A stretch of 32,000 nucleotides of DNA from Promethearchaeum syntrophicum (GCF_008000775.2 NZ_CP042905.2:3420001-3452000), one strand, 5' to 3'; positions 10,205 to 20,709 are shown, counted from the stretch's first letter. The notes: generated by a model not told the origin, from the sequence alone. Program-made: numbers and translations.

Positions 10205-11029
10205 ATGAAATTAGATTTAGAGAAAGTTAACGATGGTTTGTTTAGTAGGTGGTGGATTTATATAGATTGTGAAAATTTTATTTATCAAAAAAATGTTCCA
10301 GAAAATGATGTAAAAGACGATGATATATTAATTCATAAAGAAATTAAAGAGGGAGAGACATTTCCAACCCTACGTTATCATACAATTTTAGATGAAGATG
10401 TATTAGAAATTGATGGAAAGATAGCCAGAGAAATGTTAAGTGCCAAATTAAAAGAATTTATATTAAAACATAAAAAAATCCCGTATTCCGTTGATTTTAA
10501 TAAAATACAAAAAAATGGATTAGTAATTTTCAAGTATTCACCAACCAAATTTGATAATTTTCAGCTCAAAATACCGGTATCAGATTTTGATTTAGAGAAA
10601 GATGAAGCGGAAGAATTTTTCACAAATATTGAGAATTTGGAAGGAATTCCTGTAGATGGAGAATTAAAGATTAATTTAATGCCTGATAATCCAGTTATTG
10701 AAAAAATCGCTTCAGAGAGTGGTGCAAATCGAGTATATATTTTTGAAGCGGAAGTAAAAGAGATGGAAAAGAGAAGTTCTGAATATATGGGCCACGTAAG
10801 TGAATTCTTTATTCTAGATCTTCAAAAAGGAAAAGCTGCTTCTGATAATAAGAAAAATTCAATGAAAAGAGATTTTGAGAGAGTAATAGTCAAAATTAGT
10901 GAGAAAACATTAACGACAGCAGAAATTAAAGTTGGAGATAAAGTATCCCTAAGTGGAAAAACAAAAATGAACAATGAATTTAAGTTTATTATTCAAAATA
11001 TACGTAAAATCACTAAGAATGAAGAATAA
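10205..11029 (+). CDS. Uncharacterised protein, 274 aa
   Basis: Long uninterrupted ORF following the MoxR-like gene by ~50 bp on the same strand; no family recognised. Confidence 0.75.
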   Translation: MKLDLEKVNDGLFSRWWIYIDCENFIYQKNVPENDVKDDDILIHKEIKEGETFPTLRYHTILDEDVLEIDGKIAREMLSAKLKEFILKHKKIPYSVDFNKIQKNGLVIFKYSPTKFDNFQLKIPVSDFDLEKDEAEEFFTNIENLEGIPVDGELKINLMPDNPVIEKIASESGANRVYIFEAEVKEMEKRSSEYMGHVSEFFILDLQKGKAASDNKKNSMKRDFERVIVKISEKTLTTAEIKVGDKVSLSGKTKMNNEFKFIIQNIRKITKNEE

Positions 11030-11030
11030 T

Positions 11031-11312
11031 TTAAAATACAATTTCAAAATCTTGAAATCCTTCTTCTTTTACATCGAAATAATGTTCTACATTGGTAACT
11101 TTAGCGTATTTTGGCCCTTTTTTTAACCATTCTAACATTTTATCGATCTTTTCTTTTGCTCCTTCACAGGCAACCTCAACTTTACCATCCCATCTATTTT
11201 TAACCCACCCAGTTAAACCCAGTTCATATGCTTTATTCTTAGTATTAACTCGGAAAAAAACTCCTTGAACTCTTCCACTAATAATAGCATACAACTTCAA
11301 TTTTTCCACCAA
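11031..11312 (-). CDS. Acylphosphatase
   Basis: SGRVQGVFFRVNTKNKAYELGLTGWVKNRWDGKVEVACEG matches acylphosphatase signatures (GxVQGVxFR, GWVxNxxDG). Confidence 0.93.
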   Translation of the reverse strand: MVEKLKLYAIISGRVQGVFFRVNTKNKAYELGLTGWVKNRWDGKVEVACEGAKEKIDKMLEWLKKGPKYAKVTNVEHYFDVKEEGFQDFEIVF

Positions 11313-11329
11313 ATAAAATTATATTTTTA

Positions 11330-12517
11330 TTATTCAAATGAAACACCGATTGCGTTTCCAATGCCCAAAATCAGAACAATTTCATTAGGTTTTGTTTGTG
11401 AACGTATTATTTTCTTTAAAGTTCTAATAATTTTTGGAATCGCTAATTTTATCGGTTCACTCATTGGGGAAACGGCTTCTTCTAAGCTTTCTCTGCATAC
11501 AACGGCCTCAAATGGGATAGAAGGGGATTCTTTCATACATAATGTTTCAATTTGGAATTTTTCGATCATATTATGTGAATCTCCTCCAATTACAATACCT
11601 AAACCTTGCGCAACAGTTCCAAGTTTTTCACCTTCTAGACGAGTCATAGCGTCTACAGTAATTACGATAGAAGGATGTTGATTCTTTTCGCGCAATTCAA
11701 TAATAACATTTTCAACCGCTTCTCCTATATTTCCCACAATAGCATCAGGTCCCTTAGGGCGTAAGCATACACATTTACGGTTTTCATAAGATATTTCAGA
11801 TGAATAGATTCCATTTGAGCGTTCATGCAAATTTCGCTCGAGGTCAAGGGCTCTATTATTTTTTTGAATTTCTTTAATGAATTCATTAACTGAAAGTGGA
11901 CCTATTGAATCTCCAATTGGTTGCTTATCTTTAAAAGAATCTAATGCCGTTCTATAAGCACGTGCTTTTACCATCATTTGTGTTAAATCTGATGCAGATG
12001 AAAGCAAAAACAGATAGCTTTTTGTTCTTTCACCAATTATTAAATTGTGTCGGATTTTTTTATGAAGATTATGAATTTCTGTTGTAGCATTCAGTAATGC
12101 AGAAATTGTTGCTAGTGAACTTCTATCAATATTTGGGAGAAATTGTTTAATTAATTGGGAAAGTCTCTCTTCTCGATATGACATTACATATCGCAATTTC
12201 TCATATATAGGAGGATCTAATTGAGACGGCGGAATTACAAAGAAATCTAACATTTTATTAATGAATTCTGTTATTTCACGAGGAGTAATACCTTCAGATG
12301 ATCTTGGTTCAATAATATTTTGGATCAGATTAATCCCATGTTTCTTCCATTTGTTCAATCTCTTCAAGGATTTTTTAATCTGTTGTCCTGCGTACCATCC
12401 CTGCCAATTTTGCCCGTAGAAGAATACTAGAAGTAATAAAATGATGAAAAATGTTGTAAGAAACTCATTAAACTGAGCAAGAAAATCTGAAAATTGTGAC
12501 ATAAGCAATGCATACAA
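11330..12517 (-). CDS. DUF1512-family conserved archaeal protein, N-terminal TM
   Basis: FYGQNWQGWYAGQQIKKSLKRL...IEPRSSEGITP...RPKGPDAIVGNIGEAVENVI...ITVDAMTRLEGEKLG, typical of the archaeal DUF1512 family (recalled, not searched). Confidence 0.7.
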   Translation of the reverse strand: MYALLMSQFSDFLAQFNEFLTTFFIILLLLVFFYGQNWQGWYAGQQIKKSLKRLNKWKKHGINLIQNIIEPRSSEGITPREITEFINKMLDFFVIPPSQLDPPIYEKLRYVMSYREERLSQLIKQFLPNIDRSSLATISALLNATTEIHNLHKKIRHNLIIGERTKSYLFLLSSASDLTQMMVKARAYRTALDSFKDKQPIGDSIGPLSVNEFIKEIQKNNRALDLERNLHERSNGIYSSEISYENRKCVCLRPKGPDAIVGNIGEAVENVIIELREKNQHPSIVITVDAMTRLEGEKLGTVAQGLGIVIGGDSHNMIEKFQIETLCMKESPSIPFEAVVCRESLEEAVSPMSEPIKLAIPKIIRTLKKIIRSQTKPNEIVLILGIGNAIGVSFE

Positions 12518-12598
12518 TTATTTTATTTAGTAAAACATAGGTAATTTCCAAATAAAAATACATACTTATAATTTTCATAATTTACTAATATCAAAATA

Positions 12599-13069
12599 AT
12601 GGCTGATTTTCCCCGAAATGAATTCATTTATGATCTTATTGGATTAGGAGGAACTTTTGATCAGTTTCATTTAGGTCACGCAGAACTAATTAAAACTGCT
12701 TTTAGATTTGGGAAACATGTGGCAATCGGGTTAACCACTGAAAAATTATTAGATAACAAAATAATGAAAGAAAAAATTCACTCTTATACTCAAAGAGAAC
12801 AAAACTTAAAAAAATATATTCAAGATGAAATTGGTGTTTCAAAGCAAAACTACACAATAATTCCCTTAAATGATCCTTTCGGCCCTGCAATTACAGATGA
12901 AAACCTTCAAGCTCATGTAAGTAGCATGGAAACTTATAAAATTGCAATAAAAATTAATGAAATCCGAATAAAAAAGGGATTACCGCCTTTAGTTTTGATT
13001 GTAATCCCAATAATTTTAAATCAATCTGGAAACAAGTATAGTTCTAGTGAAATTCGGAAGAATTCGTAA
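12599..13069 (+). CDS. Archaeal-type phosphopantetheine adenylyltransferase
   Basis: Nucleotidyltransferase motif GGTFDQFHLGHAELI, TTEKLL, and C-terminal YSSSEIRK. Confidence 0.85.
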   Translation: MADFPRNEFIYDLIGLGGTFDQFHLGHAELIKTAFRFGKHVAIGLTTEKLLDNKIMKEKIHSYTQREQNLKKYIQDEIGVSKQNYTIIPLNDPFGPAITDENLQAHVSSMETYKIAIKINEIRIKKGLPPLVLIVIPIILNQSGNKYSSSEIRKNS

Positions 13070-13098
13070 ATATAAAATTTAATGGCATTCTTATAATT

Positions 13099-14664
13099 TT
13101 GATAATTTTGAAAATATCAATAAAAACTGAACATTTCGCAATTCTTCAGAAATTACAAAAAATTAGAAAACCAATCGAAGCACGTAGTCTAAGTGAAAAA
13201 TTGAAAATTCCCTATGAAAAATTGATGTCTGGAGCAATTTTTTCACTAGAACAAGTAGGTTTGGCTAAATTTCAAGAAGAAGAATTGGAATTAATAACAT
13301 TAACCAAGGAAGCAAAAAGCTATCTTAATTTAGGACTCCCGGAACGACAAATCTTTAATATGCTGGGAAAAAATGATCGAAAAGAAGTCAAATTGCTGGA
13401 TTTCGCAAAAGAAATTGAAGAGAAATTAAATTTTCAAAAGAGATTATTTTTTGTTGGAATTTCAAAGATGAAGAAAAATCGGTGGATACTTTCTTCAAAA
13501 TCGATGGGATATGAACAAATTTTTATTAACAAGGAATCACCAGAAAAAACTGAAGAGGAACAAGTGCTAGATTTATTTAAAGACAAAATTTCATATTCGT
13601 TATCAGAAATACCTAAAAAATTACGTGAAGCAATAAATTCAATATACAATCGTAAGTTAGTCAAAAAAAACAAAAGAATATTGCGGTTAGTAGAATTGAC
13701 TCCAAAAGGTAAAATAATTACAAAAGAAGAACTTCAATTAATTGATGAAGAAATCAACTTGATATCAAGTGAGATGTTAAAAGATGGATCTTGGAAGAAA
13801 AACCTATCAAATCTAAAAAATTATGAAGTAAATGCATTAGGCCCAAATATAACTGCAGGAAAATATCATCCATTAACAATTATTATAAATGAAGTTCGTG
13901 AGGTATTTCATTCAATGGGTTTCGAAGAAATTAAAGGTCCAATTGTTGAAGAAGCATTTTATAATTTCGATTGTTTATTCCAACCTCAAGATCACCCAGC
14001 TCGTGAAATGCAAGATACTTTTTATTTAAAAAATCCTGCTGAGGGAAAATTACCCAAGAAAAAAATTGTTGAGGTCATAAAAAATACACATGAAAATGGG
14101 GGGACCACTGGTTCAACTGGTTGGGGATATAAATGGTCTGAAGAGATTGCAAAAAAAATGTTGCTAAGAACACACACTACAGCTACGACAATTCGGCGTT
14201 TATCTCACATAACGAAAAAATCAAAACTCCCGATGAAAGTCTTCTGTGTAGATAGAGTTTTTAGAAATGAAAGTGAAGACAAGACCCATCTTGCTCAATT
14301 TATGCAAATTGATGGAATAGTAATTGGAGAAAATTTGACATTATCCGATTTAATCGGTCAATTAGTTGAGTTTTACAAACGGATGGGTTTTGAAAAGGTT
14401 GTAACCCGTCCAGGTTTCTTTCCTTATACCGAACCATCAATGGAAATATCTGTTTATTCAAAAGAACTTGGAGCTTGGTTAGAAATGGGAGGAAGTGGAA
14501 TGTTTCGGCCCGAAGTAACCTATGCATGGGGAGTTAAAGATCCCGTTCGAGTTTTGGCATGGGGAATGGGATTAGAAAGACTTGCGATGCTAAAACTGAA
14601 ACGAAATGATATTAGAGATCTGTATCAAAGCCCAATAGAATGGTTAAGGGAGGCTTCATATTAA
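13099..14664 (+). CDS. pheS: Phenylalanyl-tRNA synthetase alpha subunit
   Basis: Class II aaRS motifs: HPLTIIINEVREVFHSMGFEEIKGPIVEEAFYNFDCLFQPQDHPAREMQDTFY; FRNESEDKTHLAQFMQIDG; GGSGMFRPEV; WGMGLERLAMLK. TTG start. Confidence 0.97.
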   Translation: MIILKISIKTEHFAILQKLQKIRKPIEARSLSEKLKIPYEKLMSGAIFSLEQVGLAKFQEEELELITLTKEAKSYLNLGLPERQIFNMLGKNDRKEVKLLDFAKEIEEKLNFQKRLFFVGISKMKKNRWILSSKSMGYEQIFINKESPEKTEEEQVLDLFKDKISYSLSEIPKKLREAINSIYNRKLVKKNKRILRLVELTPKGKIITKEELQLIDEEINLISSEMLKDGSWKKNLSNLKNYEVNALGPNITAGKYHPLTIIINEVREVFHSMGFEEIKGPIVEEAFYNFDCLFQPQDHPAREMQDTFYLKNPAEGKLPKKKIVEVIKNTHENGGTTGSTGWGYKWSEEIAKKMLLRTHTTATTIRRLSHITKKSKLPMKVFCVDRVFRNESEDKTHLAQFMQIDGIVIGENLTLSDLIGQLVEFYKRMGFEKVVTRPGFFPYTEPSMEISVYSKELGAWLEMGGSGMFRPEVTYAWGVKDPVRVLAWGMGLERLAMLKLKRNDIRDLYQSPIEWLREASY

Positions 14665-14665
14665 A

Positions 14666-16360
14666 ATGCCCTCATTAACATTAAAATTGGATCGATTGGA
14701 AAAACTTGTAGGAAAAGAATTGAAAATCGAGGATTTAGAATATGATTTACAATGGATTGGATTGGATGTTGATGATGTAAATCAAGAAGAAAATGAAATT
14801 AAAGTCGAATACGATCCTAACCGTCCCGATTATTCTAGTCCAGAAGGAATTGCAAGGAGTCTTAAGGGTTATTATCAACTAGAAACCGGTTTACCAGAAT
14901 TTCAAATTAATGAAGGAACTGAAAAAATAAAAGTAAATCCAAAAGTTCGAGACATAAGACCTTATGTTGTTGGCGCTATTGTCCGTAATATTGATTTAGA
15001 TGAGGACCAAGTAGGAACATTAATGAATATTCAAGAAGCATTACATTGGGCATTAGGTAGAGATAGAAAGAAGGTAGCGATTGGAATACATGATTACGAT
15101 CAGGTTAAGGGACCTTATATTTATACTACAGTTAAACCTGAGGGAGTAAAATTCCGTCCACTTCATATGGAGGCATATGAAATGACACCTAAAGAAATAT
15201 TGGAAGAACATGAAATGGGAATAAGATATGCCCATTTATTAAAAGATGCGAGAGAATACCCAATAATTTATGATGCTGAAGGAAAGGTTGTCTCTCTTCC
15301 TCCTATTATTAACGGTACGTATACTACTGTTACTGAAAAAACAAGAAATCTTCTTTTAGATTTAACAGGTACTGATTTCAATGCAGTTAATTATTCTTTA
15401 AATATCATTGCCGCAACATTTGCTGATATGGGTGCAAATCTCGAAACAATAGATGTTATTTATGATGATAAACCAGAAGAAATTATAAAAGTTCCTGATT
15501 TCACACCTCAAAAGATGCAAGTAAATATAAATTACATCAATTCATATCTGGGATTAAAATTATCAGCTAGTGATATAATAAAGTGCTTGAATAAGGTTCG
15601 CTTGGATGCTTCTAAAACAAAAGATAAACATAAAATGAATGTAAAGATTCCAGCTTTTCGTTGTGATTTCATGCATGAAGTGGATATAGTTGAAGAGGTC
15701 GCTATTGGATATGGTTATCAGAACTTAATTCCAATTGTTAAGGAAGGAGGATTTGGAAAATACCATCCAGCCGAGGTTTTTGCAAATAAATCTCGTGATA
15801 TTATGATTGGGGCAGGACATCTTGAAATGGTAAATTCAACACTGTCTTCACAGAAGGATTATGAAAATCTTGGGCTAAAATTTGATGAAAAGGAACAGAT
15901 TGTTCTTTTAAATCCCGTTTCAGAAAAATTTAATACAACACGTGCAAATCTATTAGTTGGTTTAATGAAAAATCTTGCTTTTAATCGTTCAGCAGAGAAA
16001 CCTTTCTATCTATTTGAGGTAGGTGATATTCTTCAATTGAATAAAACTCGAGATGTGGGAGCAAGTAGAGAATTGCATTTAGGAGCAATAACTCTTTCAG
16101 AAAGAGCGGATTATTCTCAAATTAAATCGCTTCTAGATCACTATTTTCGCACTTTAGGAGTTTTAGATGGAATTATTGTCAAACCGTGTTCCAATCCAAC
16201 TTTTATAGAAGGTCGAACTGGAGAAATTTATTATAAGAAAAAGAAAATTGGATTAGTTGGAGAAATTTACCCACAAGTGATCCTCAATTTTGGATTAAAC
16301 TATCCCGTTGCAGCATTTGAAATCAATTTAATGCCATTTTTCAAGGACCAAGAAGAATAA
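14666..16360 (+). CDS. pheT: Phenylalanyl-tRNA synthetase beta subunit, archaeal/eukaryotic type
   Basis: Begins 1 nt after the pheS stop; DPNRPDYSSPEGIARSLKGY and HEVDIVEEVAIGYGYQNL are typical of archaeal PheT; 564 aa. Confidence 0.97.
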   Translation: MPSLTLKLDRLEKLVGKELKIEDLEYDLQWIGLDVDDVNQEENEIKVEYDPNRPDYSSPEGIARSLKGYYQLETGLPEFQINEGTEKIKVNPKVRDIRPYVVGAIVRNIDLDEDQVGTLMNIQEALHWALGRDRKKVAIGIHDYDQVKGPYIYTTVKPEGVKFRPLHMEAYEMTPKEILEEHEMGIRYAHLLKDAREYPIIYDAEGKVVSLPPIINGTYTTVTEKTRNLLLDLTGTDFNAVNYSLNIIAATFADMGANLETIDVIYDDKPEEIIKVPDFTPQKMQVNINYINSYLGLKLSASDIIKCLNKVRLDASKTKDKHKMNVKIPAFRCDFMHEVDIVEEVAIGYGYQNLIPIVKEGGFGKYHPAEVFANKSRDIMIGAGHLEMVNSTLSSQKDYENLGLKFDEKEQIVLLNPVSEKFNTTRANLLVGLMKNLAFNRSAEKPFYLFEVGDILQLNKTRDVGASRELHLGAITLSERADYSQIKSLLDHYFRTLGVLDGIIVKPCSNPTFIEGRTGEIYYKKKKIGLVGEIYPQVILNFGLNYPVAAFEINLMPFFKDQEE

Positions 16361-16381
16361 AAAAAAAATTCAATTATTTTG

Positions 16382-17110
16382 CTATAAATTGAGCAATTTT
16401 TTTATATATATTATTATTTCGGAATTTCCTTTTACCGCCAAATCTAGTAGTTGATTTAATTCATCTCTAGAAAAATTCTTCCCTTCAGCAGTGCCTTGAA
16501 TTTCTATAAATTTTCCATCTTCCGAACTGATTATATTCATATCTACTTCAGCTTGACTATCTTCGACATAAGGAAGATCTAACATTGGAATTCCTTTGAT
16601 AATTCCTACAGAGATTGCAGAAATAACACTAAATGAAGGCATTTTTACAATTATACGATTTTCAACTGCTTTTTGTATTGCATCATAAGTTGCAACGAAA
16701 GATCCAACAATTGAAGCGCAACGTGTACCACCGTCTGCTTGAATGACATCTGCATCAATTTTAATAGATATTTCTCCAATATTATCAATATCAAATGCTG
16801 CGCGTATACTTCTTCCAATTAAGCGCTGAATTTCCATACTTCTACCTGGAATTTTTCGATTTCTATCTCGATTACGGCGCCGATCTGTTGCTCTGGGAAG
16901 CATATCGTATTCAGCAGTTATCCAACCTTTTCCAGAATCTCTTAAAAATCTCGGAACTGATTCTTCAACACTAGCAGTGATAATTACTTTAGTCTCTCCT
17001 ACTTCAACAAGTACACTACCTTCAGGCCATTTTAGGTAATTTCGTGTAATTTTTAAAGGTCTAATCTCATCATTTGCTCGTCCATCTTTTCTAATTGGTG
17101 ATTCACTCAT
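16382..17110 (-). CDS. rph: RNase PH, bacterial-type by sequence
   Basis: RKDGRANDEIRPLKITRNYLKWPEGSVLVEVGETKVIITASVEESVPRFLRDSGKGWITAEYDMLPRAT...SMEIQRLIGRSIRAAFD...DADVIQADGGTRCASI...DLPYVEDSQAEVDMNI...EIQGTAEG. Confidence 0.92.
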   Translation of the reverse strand: MSESPIRKDGRANDEIRPLKITRNYLKWPEGSVLVEVGETKVIITASVEESVPRFLRDSGKGWITAEYDMLPRATDRRRNRDRNRKIPGRSMEIQRLIGRSIRAAFDIDNIGEISIKIDADVIQADGGTRCASIVGSFVATYDAIQKAVENRIIVKMPSFSVISAISVGIIKGIPMLDLPYVEDSQAEVDMNIISSEDGKFIEIQGTAEGKNFSRDELNQLLDLAVKGNSEIIIYIKKLLNL

Positions 17111-17447
17111 AAAAATGCACTTAATTTAATTATAAATACCCTAAATTAAGGTTTCATTTGAATTTTTCGACAATCTTTGATAATTTGCTTCCAATTCTTA
17201 CGGTTATCTTCTTTACTTATTATTTTACTATGATTTTCTACGTTTTGGTTTTTTTTTTATTTCACTGTCTTCTTGAATTACAACAAAATCTTTATTGTTT
17301 TTTATGTTTCCAATTAATATGATACCGTTATCCTTTCAAACCTTACGTGAACAAGCTAATTATCAATAAAATCGTATTTTAATCATATATCTTCATTATT
17401 TTCCCTATTTTTATTTTCTACATAATGTTTATTGCAAGGAAAAATAA

Positions 17448-17744
17448 ATGTTATTTATGGGAGTAGAAGTGTCTGAACTGGACCTAATCCGTTTAGTGAG
17501 AAAAGATCCTTCCGTAATTGAATTGTATTCTATGGATCCGAAAACTGAAATTTATATAAAGAAATTAGGCACAGAAGCATTGGATCTTTTACAAAAAGAA
17601 TTCCCGAATTTCCTGCCTTCAAATTTACAAAGTGTATTCAATATTAATGTAATCTCCAGTAAAATGATTTCTTCTTCAGGATATAAAAAAATTCGCTTCT
17701 ATATTTCTGTAACAGGGAAATTACTTAAACGAATTGAGAGTTAA
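17448..17744 (+). CDS. Small uncharacterised protein, 98 aa
   Basis: Isolated ORF with protein-like composition; no family recognised. Confidence 0.5.
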   Translation: MLFMGVEVSELDLIRLVRKDPSVIELYSMDPKTEIYIKKLGTEALDLLQKEFPNFLPSNLQSVFNINVISSKMISSSGYKKIRFYISVTGKLLKRIES

Positions 17745-17843
17745 ATCTATAACATGCGGAGAAATTTTCTATTTAATTTATATGATAAAAGATAATATAT
17801 AATTATTATAAGATCTGAGTTAAGGATCAGAGTTGAGACTAAA

Positions 17844-20687
17844 ATGGATGCGTATAATTTATCTATTCAAGATATTTTCGAGCAATTAAAAACAAGTAAA
17901 GAAGGCTTAACTGAAGAAAAAGTCCAGAATATTAGAAAATTATCAGGAAACAACATTTTGCCAAAAAAGAAAGTCAATTTTTATCAGAAATACATTAAAC
18001 CATCCTTTAATTTGATGATTATTATTCTATTAATTGCCGCTTTTGCCCAATTGTACATGGCTTATTCTTCAAATGGAACTGCAGTAGACTACGTTTCCCC
18101 TATAATAATTCTTGTAATTCTGGGAATTAACATCATGATCGCTATGATTCAACAACGTAAAGTGGAGAAAACTCTTGAAGCTTTGGAACAGCTTACATCA
18201 TTCAAAGCAAATGTATTTCGAAATGGAACTATAGAAGAAATTGAAATGAAAAATTTAGTCCCTGGAGATATTTTAGAATTAAAACAAGGAGATTACATTG
18301 GAGCAGATTGTAGATTGTTTCAAGAAAATGATTTAACAATAATCGAATCAAACCTCACCGGGGAACCAACTGCAGTTGAAAAGATAACTGAAAAAATTGA
18401 AGGGTCTAATTTACCAATTCAAGATCAAAGAAATATGTTGTTTAGTTCCACATTTGTTACTTCTGGAAATGGGCGGGCGATTGTTACAGCAATTGGAACA
18501 GAAACACAAATAGGGATAATTTCCAAAGGAATAGCCACTAAGGAAAGTAGAGACATCCCTTTAAACAAAGCGATGAACAAAATGTCAACAGTGTTTGGTC
18601 TAATTGTTATCGGAATTATTATCTTAATTTTTCTTTATAGGTATTTCACTTTACCGGCTGATGAACTTCAGGGAGAAATTCCATGGTTGGTGAGTTTAGC
18701 TGTAGCAGCTATTCCTTTTAATTTTCCAATTATAACTACAATAATTTTATTAACGGGGGCATTGAAACTTGGTAAAAATCAAGCAATTGTTCGACATTTA
18801 AATTCAATCGAAACTATGGGAAGATTAAATTTTATTTGTTCAGATAAAACAGGGACACTTACACAAAATCAGATGACGGTTCAAAAAATATTCATTGATA
18901 ACAAAATATTAGAAGTAACCGGCGTTGGTTATAAAAATAACGGAGATATATTAAATAACGGTCAGAAATATATTGTAGAACAAAATAATAATTTAAAAAA
19001 CCTTGTTTTTAATGGAATGATCAATAACAATGCAGAATTTCGAGAAGAGACAATTTCACTTAAAAATGGTTCCACCCAGGTTATAAAAGTCGTGGGTTTG
19101 CCCACAGAAGGTGCTTTACTAACACTTGGGCAAAAAGCAGGATTTGATTATTCGAAGGTAAGATCTAATTATGAAATTATAAAGGAATTGAGCTTTACTT
19201 CAGAACGAAAAATTATGTCTAAAATTGTAAAATCTGAAGATAGTTATATATGCTTTTCTAAGGGTGCTCCTGAAAAAATACCCAAAATATGTGATTATAT
19301 ATTTGTAAAAAATAACCTTGTTCCCATTACAGAAGAATTAAAATTTGATATAATTCAAAAAATGGAGGATTTTGCTACTAAAGGATATCGAACTTTGGGT
19401 TTTGCCCAAAAACCTCTATCTTCAGACGATATTATGAATATAGAAAATATTAGCTATGAAGAAATTGAAAATCATTTGGTTTTTATTGGTTTTGTAGCAA
19501 TTTTAGACCCTCCTCGTAGTGATGTTAAACAAGCTATTAAAATCTGTCAAGGTGCTGGAATTAATATAGCAATGATTACAGGTGATCATTCTCTAACTGC
19601 AAAATCAATTGCAAAAGAGTTGAATATTTTTAAATTAGGAGACTATTCAGTAAGTGGAAACGAAATTAAAACTATAAGCACTGAAAAGATTGCACAAACG
19701 AGAGTTTTTTCTCGTGTTGCACCTGAAGATAAAGAAACAATAGTAAAAGCACTTCAACAAGAAGGATATATAGTTGCAATGACAGGTGATGGTGTTAATG
19801 ATGCTCTTGCTTTAGAAAATGCTGATGTAGGCATAGCAATGGGAATTTCTGGAACAGATGTAGCAAAAAATGCTGCAGATCTAATATTAACTGATGATAG
19901 CTTTTCTACCATTGAAACTGCTATTTTTCATGGCCGAGGGCTTTTTGGTAATATTCGGTCAAACATTGTATTTTTATTAGTAATTCTCTTCAGTGAAATG
20001 ATTGTTCTAAGCCTCGTTTATTTAATTTTTGATTATCAAATATTCAATCCACTGCAACTTGTAATTTTGTATGGTTCTATTCATTTCTTCCCTCCTTTTG
20101 GTTTGATGTTTGATAAATATGATGAAAGGATAATGAAAGAACCTCCTAAGGATCCAAAAGAGCCATTGATAAATAAAAAGTACCTGTTAATGATGATTCT
20201 TCAAATTACAACTATTGCAATAGTCATAATTACACTTTGGTTAATGATTATGAATGATGGAATCCCTATTTTTGACGAGAATCTAATTGATCCAAGGTTC
20301 ACACCACCATGGGATGTTGAGGGGGAAAGAATTGGATATGTCTTCGAACGATTGCCCTATAGTTTTTCAGATGAGGAAAACATTAATTTTGAATTATTGA
20401 GAGAATGGAAAGCTCAAACAGTTTGCCTTGTATCCTTATTTTTTTCAGAAATATGGATGGCATATGAAGCAAGATCAATTAAAGTAGGGATATTTAAAGG
20501 GTCAAAAAATATTACTTTATTCATTTTAATTGCATTTGTTGTGGGAATTCTTTTGTTGATAACAATCTGGGATTTTGCACAATATTATCTAGTGATCTTA
20601 ACATTATCTCCATGGGATTGGTTGATTGCATTTGGAGCTTCATTAATTGTTCTCATTGTATCTGAATTTTATAAAAAGATTGAGTAG
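17844..20687 (+). CDS. P-type cation-transporting ATPase (P2/P3-like core), 947 aa
   Basis: Phosphorylation motif ICSDKTGTLTQNQM, LTGEP, TGDHSLTAKSIAKEL, MTGDGVNDALALENADVGIAMG, N-terminal cation-ATPase region. Confidence 0.95.
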   Translation: MDAYNLSIQDIFEQLKTSKEGLTEEKVQNIRKLSGNNILPKKKVNFYQKYIKPSFNLMIIILLIAAFAQLYMAYSSNGTAVDYVSPIIILVILGINIMIAMIQQRKVEKTLEALEQLTSFKANVFRNGTIEEIEMKNLVPGDILELKQGDYIGADCRLFQENDLTIIESNLTGEPTAVEKITEKIEGSNLPIQDQRNMLFSSTFVTSGNGRAIVTAIGTETQIGIISKGIATKESRDIPLNKAMNKMSTVFGLIVIGIIILIFLYRYFTLPADELQGEIPWLVSLAVAAIPFNFPIITTIILLTGALKLGKNQAIVRHLNSIETMGRLNFICSDKTGTLTQNQMTVQKIFIDNKILEVTGVGYKNNGDILNNGQKYIVEQNNNLKNLVFNGMINNNAEFREETISLKNGSTQVIKVVGLPTEGALLTLGQKAGFDYSKVRSNYEIIKELSFTSERKIMSKIVKSEDSYICFSKGAPEKIPKICDYIFVKNNLVPITEELKFDIIQKMEDFATKGYRTLGFAQKPLSSDDIMNIENISYEEIENHLVFIGFVAILDPPRSDVKQAIKICQGAGINIAMITGDHSLTAKSIAKELNIFKLGDYSVSGNEIKTISTEKIAQTRVFSRVAPEDKETIVKALQQEGYIVAMTGDGVNDALALENADVGIAMGISGTDVAKNAADLILTDDSFSTIETAIFHGRGLFGNIRSNIVFLLVILFSEMIVLSLVYLIFDYQIFNPLQLVILYGSIHFFPPFGLMFDKYDERIMKEPPKDPKEPLINKKYLLMMILQITTIAIVIITLWLMIMNDGIPIFDENLIDPRFTPPWDVEGERIGYVFERLPYSFSDEENINFELLREWKAQTVCLVSLFFSEIWMAYEARSIKVGIFKGSKNITLFILIAFVVGILLLITIWDFAQYYLVILTLSPWDWLIAFGASLIVLIVSEFYKKIE

Positions 20688-20709
20688 TTTTTTATTCCTT
20701 TTTTTTCCT

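Noticed and set aside
11265-15235. ORFs 11265..11681, 12702..12890, 13434..13673, 14300..14527, 15053..15235
   Set aside because: All overlap confidently identified genes in antisense and lack recognisable features.
16382-17110. Archaeal exosome subunit Rrp41
   Set aside because: Same superfamily, but the motif spacing and wording match bacterial RNase PH much better.
17170-17345. Minus-strand mini-frame KDNGIILIGNIKNNKDFVVIQEDSEIKKKPKRRKS*
   Set aside because: Protein-like but only ~35 codons and no start codon; insufficient support.
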